From a virus, in IMG/VR virus record IMGVR_UViG_3300032288_004815, positions 32,001-96,000 of that record: a stretch of 64,000 nucleotides of DNA; one strand, given 5' to 3'. The position numbers and the translations under genes were made by a program. Below, one piece after another: positions 1-9,303 of the stretch. Position 1 is the first letter of the stretch, and the number at the start of each line of letters is the position of its first letter. Below the pieces are notes generated by a model. That model did not search any database and had not been told where the DNA came from. It saw only the letters and a program-made list of their open reading frames with translations.

Positions 1-649
1 AATTTTTGTAGTCTTCAACTAGTGCTTTGAAGTCTAATAGACCATTGTCGGGGTCTTGACGGTCCGCTTGTCGGGTGTCACCGGTAACAACCATTTTACT
101 ATTTTCGCCTAAACGAGTTAACAGCATTTTCATCTGATTTGGTGTCGCGTTTTGCATTTCGTCTGCAATAATCCACGCATTTTTAAATGTCCGTCCTCGC
201 ATGAATGCCAGTGGAGATATCTCTATAATTTGTTCGTCTAGCATTCGGGCTACTTCTTTTTTATCGTAATATTCATATAACACATCAAACAAAGGTCTAG
301 TCCATGGTTCCATTTTTTGATTTAAATCACCAGGCAAAAAACCGTGTCGTTCATCGTCTACACCCACAGCAGGTCTTGTAAGAACAATTTTAGTTATACT
401 GCCGTCTTTTAAGGCTTTTATTCCTGCTAACATAGCTAACATAGTTTTACCTGTACCAGCAGGGCCAGTGGCAAAAATTATTAGTTTGTTAGTGTCTGTG
501 AGAAGATTAATATAGGTTTCTTGATTAAGTGTTTTGGGTAATAATTGAACTTGTCTTTTTTTGGTGTTATAGTAAGTGTTAATACTAACTACATTGTTTT
601 CTACTTTTTGTTCAGGTTGGTAGAACAACCTACTCTTACGCTTCGACAA
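1..649 (-). CDS. phoH: PhoH-family ATPase, partial at window edge (mirror of 53018..53758)
   Basis: Reverse complement of the phoH ORF at 53018. Confidence 0.9.
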   Translation of the reverse strand, partial: MSKRKSRLFYQPEQKVENNVVSINTYYNTKKRQVQLLPKTLNQETYINLLTDTNKLIIFATGPAGTGKTMLAMLAGIKALKDGSITKIVLTRPAVGVDDERHGFLPGDLNQKMEPWTRPLFDVLYEYYDKKEVARMLDEQIIEISPLAFMRGRTFKNAWIIADEMQNATPNQMKMLLTRLGENSKMVVTGDTRQADRQDPDNGLLDFKALVEDYKN

Positions 650-775
650 TATGTCCTCCAAATGTGTAAATATGGACTCGAGTAGCGGACTCTAAACTCA
701 GTGTCCACAATATTATTTAAAAATCGGATGAGATTACAAAACGCAGTTATAATTCTTGTAATACAGGACTAAGTA

Positions 776-1498
776 TTAGGCTAACTTGCTGTAAACAAAG
801 TACAGTCTATCGTTAGCATCTTGCTTAAAAGTTTCTAATCTTAGATTATATTTGTCGGCAAACTCTTTCACTATGCTAAACGACCAGGGAAAGATATCAA
901 CATATGGGCCTGTTTTATGCGTGATTCCAGGATTAGCTCTCAAATAAAAGTTACCTCCTGGTTTTAGAACACTAATACATTTTGAAAAACGAGCTTCAAT
1001 TTCATCACGACTGTTAAAATTTATACTGCCTAAAGCAATTAAAACATCGTGCTCACCTGTATAGTCTAATATGTCTACCATATAGTCAGCACAATTATTA
1101 TATGGATCAATACCTATTAAATTTTTAATTCTACCTTTAAAAGGATGATACCCACAGCCAATGTCTAAAACACTTTGAGGATTAAGTTGATTTATTTCGT
1201 CAGCTAGCTGCCAACCAGTATAATCATAGTCATTTGTACGGGGTTTCCAGATTTCTGCAAAAAATCTGTGAATGTATCGCTCACTTAAATCATGCGTAAT
1301 ATCTTTAAGAGTACCAAAATAATCGCAAGGCAAGCTTAATTCTGCCTCAACTATATCTTTAAATTTCCTATATCTTGCAGGAGTCCAGGGTAATTGATCT
1401 ACCAGAGTTGTTTCGTCAATTGAAATATTTGCATACTTGGGCAAATTAAATGCAGACTGCAAATTTTTTTGTAAAAGAGTAAAAATTTTCGTATTCAT
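776..1498 (-). CDS. Class I SAM-dependent methyltransferase with N-terminal ACP-like helical extension
   Basis: VLDIGCG motif I, GID, LKPGG motifs. Confidence 0.85.
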   Translation of the reverse strand: MNTKIFTLLQKNLQSAFNLPKYANISIDETTLVDQLPWTPARYRKFKDIVEAELSLPCDYFGTLKDITHDLSERYIHRFFAEIWKPRTNDYDYTGWQLADEINQLNPQSVLDIGCGYHPFKGRIKNLIGIDPYNNCADYMVDILDYTGEHDVLIALGSINFNSRDEIEARFSKCISVLKPGGNFYLRANPGITHKTGPYVDIFPWSFSIVKEFADKYNLRLETFKQDANDRLYFVYSKLA

Positions 1499-1580
1499 AA
1501 TAAATTTTTTTGTTTAGACTAAATATTTTTGTATTCGAACAAAATTTTTCAAGTAAAGTATTTAATCTATAAGGAACATC

Positions 1581-2540
1581 ATGAAACAATTTTTATCATT
1601 ATTAGCTTTAGTGCCGGCCATGGCTTTGGCTTGGCAACCAACTAAACCTGTTACAGTAATATTTCCCAATGGTCCCGGAGCAGGCAATGAAATATCATTT
1701 CGTATTGTAGCAGAACAAATTGAACGAACTTCGAATGTAAAGTTTGTGTCAGAATATAAACCAGGAGCCGACGGTAATATTGCTGGCAATTATTTTAATT
1801 CGTTACTGCCCGACGGACATACTATCATGGTACCTGCCTGTCAAAGCAATTGGGTAACACCAGATATTTGGTATAGTAAAATGGTCAAATATGATGCACA
1901 AAATTGGGAGCCTGTGGCAAACATTGCAAGAAGTCCACTGGCATTTTGGGCTAATCCTAAAAGTCCAATTAATACTCCTGAAGATTTGGTCAAATTAATT
2001 AACAGTAAATCCAGACCTGTAAACATAGCAATCGGCGGTGGCGGGCATAAACTAGCAGTAGAATATCTGACTACTTATTTGTCAGTTCCAGGTGGTGACC
2101 GTGTAGAAACACCCATGTACAAAGGACCCGCACAAGCACTGTTAGATGTTATGGGAGGTTCTGTAGAATTTGGTGTAACTCCAGTAGCAGTAGGCTACCC
2201 CCATGTTCAAGCAGGAAAACTAAAACTAATTGGTATTGCAGATACTAGAGTTTTACCAGGATTAGAAAAATATCCTTTAATGACTGCTGTTGTGCCCAAT
2301 CTCAGTATACACGGCTGCTGGAACATTGTGCTGCCCCCAGGAACACCCCAAGAAATACAGTCTTGGTACAATAAAAATTTTGTACCTGTAATAAGAAATG
2401 CACAGTCTGCAGAAAAATTTAAAGAAAATATGATGTACATAACTGTCAACGAGCATTCGCCCGAAGGAGTTAGAGCCAGTATGCATAAACTTAGACAACA
2501 ATGGCAACCCATTGCAAAGAAAATTAATCCACAACAATGA
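1581..2540 (+). CDS. Bug/TctC tripartite tricarboxylate transporter substrate-binding protein
   Basis: Signal peptide, WQPTKPVTVIFPNGPG, EYKPGADGNIA, YKGPAQALLDVMGG, GKLKLIG, PPGTPQEI. Confidence 0.9.
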   Translation: MKQFLSLLALVPAMALAWQPTKPVTVIFPNGPGAGNEISFRIVAEQIERTSNVKFVSEYKPGADGNIAGNYFNSLLPDGHTIMVPACQSNWVTPDIWYSKMVKYDAQNWEPVANIARSPLAFWANPKSPINTPEDLVKLINSKSRPVNIAIGGGGHKLAVEYLTTYLSVPGGDRVETPMYKGPAQALLDVMGGSVEFGVTPVAVGYPHVQAGKLKLIGIADTRVLPGLEKYPLMTAVVPNLSIHGCWNIVLPPGTPQEIQSWYNKNFVPVIRNAQSAEKFKENMMYITVNEHSPEGVRASMHKLRQQWQPIAKKINPQQ

Positions 2541-3157
2541 AATATATTTTTGTGTCTGGCGCTCCAGGATCTAAGTGGAGCAGTGTAGTTAAAAACATTT
2601 ACTATAGTTCTAGTATTGACTCAAGTGACGCAAGCCCTAGTCGAGAATATTACCATGATGCCACTGGAGAAATGCAGCTCATGCACATGGGGGTATATTG
2701 GGGACCAGCTATGGAATTTGGAGACTGGTTTGAAAATCTTGATCAGTACTCGAAAGAAACCAACGAAGCTGAATTTGATCGTCCATTCTCGGGTAAAGGC
2801 ATAAGGATTATCAAAAGTCATGTGTTTGGTTATCATATAGATTACATTAAAAAAACTTGGCCAGACTGTCCAATTGTGCTTATAGATAGGTCAGATGATG
2901 CCTGTTTAGGCTGGTGGGTAAAGTGCGGAGAATTTAAAATTACCTATCCTTTGTATCGTGATTATTACAAAGATCTTAGACAAATGGCTGAATGTATTCG
3001 TAAGGAAAACCTGGGCAACAGGCGGGCTGCTAGAGAATGGCCCAGTAAGACTGTAGAAACAAACTTGCAGTTATCAAGATTACTGGGACTTTCGGACCCT
3101 CCACTATGTTATCGGCAAGATTACACTGCATCAGATATAAAGGTAACAGTTATATGA
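2537..3157 (+). CDS. P-loop/sulfotransferase-like protein
   Basis: YIFVSGAPGSKWS N-terminal loop, IIKSH, IVLIDR resemble sulfotransferase-fold motifs. Confidence 0.5.
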   Translation: MKYIFVSGAPGSKWSSVVKNIYYSSSIDSSDASPSREYYHDATGEMQLMHMGVYWGPAMEFGDWFENLDQYSKETNEAEFDRPFSGKGIRIIKSHVFGYHIDYIKKTWPDCPIVLIDRSDDACLGWWVKCGEFKITYPLYRDYYKDLRQMAECIRKENLGNRRAAREWPSKTVETNLQLSRLLGLSDPPLCYRQDYTASDIKVTVI

Positions 3158-3807
3158 AGTCCAATTGGGAATTGACCAAAGCTCGTAGCCAATATCATTT
3201 TGATACCGATAAGTGGAATCCTAAATGGGATCGTGTAGAAAGAATTGGGTCTATTCCAGTTACTTGGAAAAGCGAATTACTTGAAGTAATACAGTCAGCA
3301 CTGCCTGTAACTTGGCGAACAAGGGGCAGAAACAATGATCCTTTAAAACGCCAAGATATAGAGTATGATCAAGAAGATTATGATTTAGAACAACAGGGCT
3401 ACGGCAAAGATTATGTAATAACGAATTTAACATATTCATTGCCCTCAGTATTTCAGTCTATTGCAGATAAATTTTGTTTAGAAAACTGTATGGCTCGTGT
3501 GCATGTACAGCAGCCAGGGCAAGTATGGAATTTGCATTTAGACAAGTTAGAAAAATGGATGCCCGAAGACCCCACAAAAGTAGTTAGATATTTTGTACAA
3601 TTAACAGACTGGCAACAGGGTCATTTTTGGAATTTTGGCAACTATACTTGGTGGGGATGGCATGCAGGGGATGTTACAACTTTTGACTGGTTGAATGTTC
3701 CCCACAGCACCGCCAATGCAGGGCACACAGCCCGAGCAACACTACAAATTACAGGTTTAAAAACTATCAAAACTCAAGAGTATTTGAACTCTCTTGAATA
3801 TAAATAA
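3154..3807 (+). CDS. 2OG-Fe(II) oxygenase (AspH-like); start moved to ATG 3154
   Basis: HLD ... PHSTAN ... RATLQITG facial-triad pattern; ATGA overlap with upstream stop. Confidence 0.7.
   Translation: MKSNWELTKARSQYHFDTDKWNPKWDRVERIGSIPVTWKSELLEVIQSALPVTWRTRGRNNDPLKRQDIEYDQEDYDLEQQGYGKDYVITNLTYSLPSVFQSIADKFCLENCMARVHVQQPGQVWNLHLDKLEKWMPEDPTKVVRYFVQLTDWQQGHFWNFGNYTWWGWHAGDVTTFDWLNVPHSTANAGHTARATLQITGLKTIKTQEYLNSLEYK
3799..3806 (+). promoter_or_regulatory. T4-type late promoter TATAAATA
   Basis: Exact T4 late consensus 5 nt before ATG 3812. Confidence 0.65.
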
Positions 3808-3811
3808 CTAC

Positions 3812-4342
3812 ATGCCTGCAAATATTAAAAAAATATTAGATAATACCAAAGATATCTACATGACTGACAGCAGTTTAGAAACTCTGCTGGATTTTGAGCG
3901 TGTATTAGATGACATGGACTTGTACGCTTTTCCCAATTGGAAAAAAGGAGAATTAGTTGAAGGTCCTGTGTATGAAAAATATTTCGTAACTTGTACTTTT
4001 ATGTATGATTACAAAGACATGCCAGATCCTGATGGTGGTGAAAGATTATTAAACTATGGCTGCGAAATAACTTACAAAAAAGATACCTTAGAGTACCCTG
4101 TACAAGTTAAAAGCCCCGATGATTTTAAACCTGGTACAAAAGTTCCCCGACTAGTCAGTAAGCCAATTTGGCTTGTTTCTATTACTATGCCCAAACAGCT
4201 AATGACTGACATAGAACAAGGCAGTATAGAACTAGAGAACGACTTGTTAGACCAAGAAGAAATTGAACAAGCAGCTGAACAAGGTGAAACAAATGATGTG
4301 TTTCAGCAAGACATGGAGCAACAAAATGCACCCGCTATCTAA
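3812..4342 (+). CDS. Hypothetical phage protein, acidic
   Basis: Long ORF; ATG follows late-promoter motif. Confidence 0.75.
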   Translation: MPANIKKILDNTKDIYMTDSSLETLLDFERVLDDMDLYAFPNWKKGELVEGPVYEKYFVTCTFMYDYKDMPDPDGGERLLNYGCEITYKKDTLEYPVQVKSPDDFKPGTKVPRLVSKPIWLVSITMPKQLMTDIEQGSIELENDLLDQEEIEQAAEQGETNDVFQQDMEQQNAPAI

Positions 4343-4886
4343 GCTATTTGAAGGTCTTGAACAAGGAGACCTTAAAAGACTGATAATTCCTGAGCTGCAC
4401 ATTGATGAATTCAAAAGTAAAATGGGTACCGATGAAGATATCATTGTTGTTAGTTTTAAAGTTAAAGAAAAACAGCCAGCAAATGCCTTAATGGTATTCA
4501 TGGAAACAGGTTATGAATTCATATTAGACGGAGATGTAAGTTCAGGGGTCATGGATGATGGCGATTATATTGTATTTGCAGAAATAGAAAGAAACCGTGA
4601 AGCTCCAAAACTTATTATGCGTCTAATAGATGATATTTTAAATTTAACCGATCAAGATATAACAGAGTGGCAATTTCAATATAGAAAGAATGCCAAGCTA
4701 TATGATTTAACTGAAGAAAACATTGCAAACATAGTGCCTTTGGAACCAAAGATTTATAAACAAAAATTCAAAGACAGCAACAATGAAATTACAGCCATGC
4801 AAGAAGCTGCTAGAGTACCTATCAACAAAACTGCCCCAATCAATTCATGGACAGAGCACTTACGAGTAGCAGCAGGCCTGAAGTAA
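4326..4886 (+). CDS. Hypothetical phage protein; start moved to ATG 4326
   Basis: Long ORF with short overlap with upstream gene. Confidence 0.75.
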   Translation: MHPLSKLFEGLEQGDLKRLIIPELHIDEFKSKMGTDEDIIVVSFKVKEKQPANALMVFMETGYEFILDGDVSSGVMDDGDYIVFAEIERNREAPKLIMRLIDDILNLTDQDITEWQFQYRKNAKLYDLTEENIANIVPLEPKIYKQKFKDSNNEITAMQEAARVPINKTAPINSWTEHLRVAAGLK

Positions 4887-5746
4887 TTGATATAATTGTA
4901 GTTGCATATCGCAATGACATTTTTCTATTAGAACTTCAAGCTAGATCAATTTCCTTATACTTTCCACAGGAACGCATTGGCAATATTTACATATGTGTAA
5001 ATGATGAAGATCATTATTGTACAGATATAAACCTAGACTGGTGGGGCGAAAATAAAACAAAAGTAAAAATTATTGCCCGTAGCAATTTTGGGTCCGATCC
5101 TAGTTTAGATGGTTGGAGAAGTCAACAACTTTATAAATTATTACTGGCTAATCAAGCCAAATCAAACTGGAGCCTGTGTTTAGACAGTAAAACTTGTTTT
5201 GTACAAAAGTTAGACTGGAACAGTTTATTTGACCAGTTGGGACGAGTAAATTTTAAACATTTGCCAACAATTAATGCTTTTCTATCCGCACAGTATTTTA
5301 TAGAAGAATATTTTCAAATTTCTTGCCCTCAAGTGCTAGGACCAGGCGGGGTGCCTTTTATGTTTCACACAACCACAGTAAACTCTATGATCAGTGAAAT
5401 TCCAGATTTTTTTAACTTCTTTTGTCAAAATGTTAAGAGTCCCAATGAGTTAACAGAATTTATGCTGTATACTGGTTTTGTGCTTTACAAATATGGCAAA
5501 TTTGATGACTTATACACCGACAATCAATACTACAGTATTTTCAATTTAGCAGATTTTCAAGTAAAAGATTTTGATAAAACATGGAGTTGTACAAAACAAT
5601 CTAATTTACTAACTGCCAGTGTACAAGAAAGAGCTTACCCTAATTTATCCAATGAACAATTTGATATTTGGGTAGATTTTTTGCAGAACAAAAACTTACT
5701 GACCAAAGATGATGCAATAGTCCAAAAGCTAAATACTTTGAGATAA
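4847..5746 (+). CDS. Putative glycosyltransferase (GT-A-like)
   Basis: IDIIVVAY beta-strand start, GWRSQQLYKL, CLDSK degenerate DxD. Confidence 0.5.
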   Translation: MDRALTSSSRPEVIDIIVVAYRNDIFLLELQARSISLYFPQERIGNIYICVNDEDHYCTDINLDWWGENKTKVKIIARSNFGSDPSLDGWRSQQLYKLLLANQAKSNWSLCLDSKTCFVQKLDWNSLFDQLGRVNFKHLPTINAFLSAQYFIEEYFQISCPQVLGPGGVPFMFHTTTVNSMISEIPDFFNFFCQNVKSPNELTEFMLYTGFVLYKYGKFDDLYTDNQYYSIFNLADFQVKDFDKTWSCTKQSNLLTASVQERAYPNLSNEQFDIWVDFLQNKNLLTKDDAIVQKLNTLR

Positions 5747-5763
5747 TATTTCGAGGAGTTTTT

Positions 5764-6396
5764 ATGGCCAATGGATTCGATTTTGATTTCACAGTAGATA
5801 AACTTAATGAATGTGTACATGGTAACCCATACATTCAGCAATGGTATAGCGCATTTTGCAAAATACTGCCCGATTATGAAATTCATACTATTCCCCGTGT
5901 AGCAGCGTTTGTGGCACAAACAGCACACGAAAGTGGGGGATTTAAGTTTATCACAGAAAACTTAAATTACAAAGCAGCTAGTCTACGCCGAGTATGGCCT
6001 AAATATTTTCCCGACGACGAAACTGCTGCAAGATATGCAAATAAACCTGAAATGATTGCTAACCGTGCTTACGGAAATAGAATGGGCAATGGTCCTGAAG
6101 AATCTGGCGACGGTTGGCGTTATCGTGGCAAAGGCCTTATTCAGCTTACTGGCAAAGACAATTATACTCGTTATGCAGAAAGCTTAGAAATTAGCGTTGA
6201 AGAAGCAGCAGAACATTTAACAACCTTTGAAGGTTGTGTACAATCAGCAGCTTGGTTTTGGGAAGCAAATAATCTAAACACTTGGGCAGATAAAGGTGAT
6301 ATACTTACACTGACCAAACGCATTAATGGTGGCACCTTAGGTTTAGAAGATCGCATCAAACATTACAAACATGCAATGGAAGTGTTTAACAGCTGA
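5764..6396 (+). CDS. Endolysin, glycoside hydrolase family 19
   Basis: AQTAHESGGF, ENLNY, DGWRYRGKGLIQLTGKDNY, SAAWFW, TKRINGG; GAGGAG RBS. Confidence 0.93.
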   Translation: MANGFDFDFTVDKLNECVHGNPYIQQWYSAFCKILPDYEIHTIPRVAAFVAQTAHESGGFKFITENLNYKAASLRRVWPKYFPDDETAARYANKPEMIANRAYGNRMGNGPEESGDGWRYRGKGLIQLTGKDNYTRYAESLEISVEEAAEHLTTFEGCVQSAAWFWEANNLNTWADKGDILTLTKRINGGTLGLEDRIKHYKHAMEVFNS

Positions 6397-6884
6397 TGTT
6401 TTTTTTAAGTTTTGTACCCGACGCTTGGTTAGAAATGGCAGTAAATGCCATGTTAATCACGGGCGCAATCTTAACATTTTTAAGCTTTTTTATTATTAAC
6501 AGGATATTAAGTTTTTGGCCTGGACTGTCGCCTTATTATCATGTTTTACAGATAGTCAGTGCTGCCATGTTGCTTGGCGGTGTCTATTTTAAAGGTAGTT
6601 ATCACACTGAAGCGCAATGGCGTGCAAAAGTTGCAGCAGCGGAAGAAAAAGTAAAAATTGCGGAAAAGCAAGCTGCCGAAGCCACAGGCAAAATTGAAAC
6701 TAAAGTTGTGACAAAAACAAAAGTAATAAAAGACAAAGCAGAAATAATTGAAAAAGAAATTGTAAAAGAAATTGTTAAATTCGACACAAAATTTGTGCCT
6801 GGGGGCGAATGTGAAATTCCAAAAGAATTTATTCTACTGCACAATCGTTCTGCAGAATCTCCCGCAGTCAAGGATAAAAAATAA
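6396..6884 (+). CDS. Putative inner-membrane spanin (Rz-like)
   Basis: N-terminal TM helices, Ala/Lys/Glu coiled coil, C-terminal Cys; follows endolysin. Confidence 0.65.
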   Translation: MFFLSFVPDAWLEMAVNAMLITGAILTFLSFFIINRILSFWPGLSPYYHVLQIVSAAMLLGGVYFKGSYHTEAQWRAKVAAAEEKVKIAEKQAAEATGKIETKVVTKTKVIKDKAEIIEKEIVKEIVKFDTKFVPGGECEIPKEFILLHNRSAESPAVKDKK

Positions 6885-7186
6885 TGGACCATGATCAAAA
6901 TCGAAAAAGTACAATTTTTCTATCAACAATCTTTCTTTTGGTTATACTGGCCACTTGTGCGGGTTGTTCTACTCCACCTGTCAAACAAAAATGGCCCGAA
7001 GCCCCTAGTATAGCAATGCAAGCCTGTCCAGACTTAGACAAGTTAGGCAATGATGCTAAACTCAGTGATATTGCAAAAACTATAAACATTAACTACAGTA
7101 GATATTACGAATGTGCAGTTAAGGTTGATGCGTGGATAGAATGGTATAATATACAAAAAACAATTTATGAAAGTACTCACAAATGA
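6884..7186 (+). CDS. Putative outer-membrane spanin lipoprotein (Rz1-like)
   Basis: Hydrophobic signal plus lipobox CAGC, Pro-rich segment, two further Cys. Confidence 0.65.
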   Translation: MDHDQNRKSTIFLSTIFLLVILATCAGCSTPPVKQKWPEAPSIAMQACPDLDKLGNDAKLSDIAKTININYSRYYECAVKVDAWIEWYNIQKTIYESTHK

Positions 7187-7548
7187 AAAGACTTTTAATT
7201 ATATTAGGTTTAAGTTTTTCACTGTCTGCCTGTAGCGTTATAGCAGTGGTGAAAACATACTGGCCACGAAATCATGACCCTGTGATGTTTGACACACTGG
7301 TAGTTGTTGAACAAGAATTAGATGCAGTAGATTGTAAGAAACCAGATTGGTCAAAAGTACATTATCATGTTAAAAAATTAGATAGGTATGCAGCACTGCG
7401 TGATGATCCACAAAAAGAAAATATAAAAGGTCTTAATAATCATATAGAAAAGCTAAGTTCAAACACTAATCCAGTGTTTTGCGACTTAGGCAAAAGAACA
7501 GGCAAACAAAGAATTGAAGCAGCATTTTCTGCTTGGAAGGGACGATAA
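7183..7548 (+). CDS. Lipoprotein of unknown function
   Basis: MKRLLIILGLSFSLSAC canonical lipobox. Confidence 0.7.
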   Translation: MKRLLIILGLSFSLSACSVIAVVKTYWPRNHDPVMFDTLVVVEQELDAVDCKKPDWSKVHYHVKKLDRYAALRDDPQKENIKGLNNHIEKLSSNTNPVFCDLGKRTGKQRIEAAFSAWKGR

Positions 7549-7736
7549 TGACAAAGTTGGTAGATGAAATACAATTAATTGATGAACAATATAAACTTGG
7601 TAATATTGGTGCAGAAGAAAGAAATTATCTTTTAACAGAAATACGAGACATTCGTGCTGCACAAGAATGTGCTGGCAACGAAGAACTTTTTAGATATATT
7701 GTTCAATGCTGTAATGTGGCTATGTCAGTGGTATGA
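7548..7736 (+). CDS. Small hypothetical protein
   Basis: TAATG and ATGA overlaps with neighbours. Confidence 0.65.
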   Translation: MTKLVDEIQLIDEQYKLGNIGAEERNYLLTEIRDIRAAQECAGNEELFRYIVQCCNVAMSVV

Positions 7737-8029
7737 ACAAAACAGAACATTGGACCGAAAAAAAATGGCGTCCAATGATGGGTTGGATGTATATGATTAT
7801 CTGTTTTTTAGATTTCGCTGTGTTTCCAATACTTTGGTCAATTTTACAGGCTTATTACAAAGGTGAAGTTACTAATCAATGGGATCCATTGACGCTACAA
7901 GGTGCAGGTTTATTTCATGTTGCAATGGGTGCAGTTTTAGGGGTAGCTGCATGGAGTCGTGGTCAAGAAAAAATACAAGGAATGCAAAATGAACAGTCAT
8001 CCAGCTTGTCCTCAACTTATAAACCCTAA
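7733..8029 (+). CDS. Putative holin (GTA 3TM holin-like)
   Basis: WRPMMGWMY, two hydrophobic segments, LGVAAWSRGQEKI; lies in lysis cassette. Confidence 0.7.
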   Translation: MNKTEHWTEKKWRPMMGWMYMIICFLDFAVFPILWSILQAYYKGEVTNQWDPLTLQGAGLFHVAMGAVLGVAAWSRGQEKIQGMQNEQSSSLSSTYKP

Positions 8030-8147
8030 AGCGCAAACACCAGTTACTCAAGAAAAAACTAACGATTATTTGTCTGATCAGTATCGAGCAGCCTTAGTAC
8101 AAGCAGCTTTAGAGGCGTATCTTCGTAAGGATACAAAAGATAAGTAA
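7989..8147 (+). CDS. Small hypothetical protein
   Basis: Short ORF filling the gap after the holin. Confidence 0.4.
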   Translation: MNSHPACPQLINPKAQTPVTQEKTNDYLSDQYRAALVQAALEAYLRKDTKDK

Positions 8148-8185
8148 TTACAAAGGTTCTAATAATTTACACAAAGGAATATATT

Positions 8186-8404
8186 ATGAAATTATATGCA
8201 ATTATTCTAAGTTTGGCAGTTGGGTTAGGTTTAGCTAGCACCGCACAAGCCGAAGCACAAGTGAAAGAAGTTTGTAAAGAAGTAATTGGTAAAGATGGTA
8301 AACCAATGAAAGATGCTAAAGGCAAACCAGTTCAAAAATGTACAAAAATAAAAGTGCATAAAAAAGTTGAAGGCGAAAAAGTGCCTGACAACAAGAAAAA
8401 ATAA
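8186..8404 (+). CDS. Small secreted Lys-rich protein with a Cys pair
   Basis: AAGGA RBS; signal peptide ending AQA. Confidence 0.75.
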   Translation: MKLYAIILSLAVGLGLASTAQAEAQVKEVCKEVIGKDGKPMKDAKGKPVQKCTKIKVHKKVEGEKVPDNKKK

Positions 8405-8418
8405 TAGACTGGGCTGAT

Positions 8419-8453
8419 AAACCGGACTGTTGACTCTGTCCGGTTTTTCTTTT
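8419..8453 (+). terminator. Rho-independent terminator
   Basis: aaaccggac / gtccggttt stem followed by T tract, after lysis operon. Confidence 0.75.
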
Positions 8454-8458
8454 ACAAT
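8430..8458 (+). promoter_or_regulatory. Sigma70-like promoter TTGACT-17-TACAAT for dnaJ-like gene
   Basis: -35 at 8430-8435, -10 at 8453-8458, ATG at 8465. Confidence 0.55.
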
Positions 8459-8464
8459 TATAAT

Positions 8465-9295
8465 ATGAGTCATTATGACACTTTGGGCATACAAAGAACT
8501 GCTACGCCTGAGGAAATAAAAAGAGCATATAGAAAATTAGCCAGTCAGCATCACCCTGACAAAGGCGGAGATACGGGTAAATTTCAAGAAGTAGAAGAAG
8601 CATACAGAGTATTAAGCGATCCTCAAAAAAAAGCAGAATATGATAATCCAAGACAAAACAGTGTACACTTTAATTTTGGTGATGGGCAGAACTTTAATTT
8701 AGACGAAATTTTCAACAGATTTGGTTTTGGAAATCCTTTTGCCAATCACCCAAATTTTAGACAGCCCGAACGGCGCAACAAAGATATTCGCGCCGACATT
8801 CACATGTTTTTGGTTGATACACTGATAAGTCAAAGCAAGACATTAAGAATCAAAACCAGTAATGATCAAATACACACCGTGGACATTACTATTCCGGCCG
8901 GCATTACCTCTGGCACTACAATGAAATATCCCGGATTGGGCGACAATATGTTTACCAATCTTCAGCGAGGCGATCTGTATATTACTGTGCATGTAAACAA
9001 TAACACACAGTTTGAAGTAAGTGGTCTAGATCTTTCAACAACCTTGACTGTTAATTGTTTTCAAGCTATAATAGGCAGTGAGCAAACAGTTTTGGGATTA
9101 GACGGAAAACAATTTTTGATTAAAACACCTCCAGGTTGTCAACCAGACACTAAATTAAAAATTGCTGGAGAAGGGTTACCTGCATTTCAAAAAGATATCA
9201 AGGGTAATTTGTACATCAAAATTAAAATTACTATTCCAACTGATCTCGATGACAACGATCTTGAACAAATTCGTAAACTAAACTACAATTCATAA
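8465..9295 (+). CDS. dnaJ: DnaJ-class co-chaperone without zinc finger (CbpA-like)
   Basis: J domain with HPD, G/F-rich linker, C-terminal GDLYI and GNLYI repeats. Confidence 0.92.
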   Translation: MSHYDTLGIQRTATPEEIKRAYRKLASQHHPDKGGDTGKFQEVEEAYRVLSDPQKKAEYDNPRQNSVHFNFGDGQNFNLDEIFNRFGFGNPFANHPNFRQPERRNKDIRADIHMFLVDTLISQSKTLRIKTSNDQIHTVDITIPAGITSGTTMKYPGLGDNMFTNLQRGDLYITVHVNNNTQFEVSGLDLSTTLTVNCFQAIIGSEQTVLGLDGKQFLIKTPPGCQPDTKLKIAGEGLPAFQKDIKGNLYIKIKITIPTDLDDNDLEQIRKLNYNS

Positions 9296-9303
9296 ATATT
9301 TTT

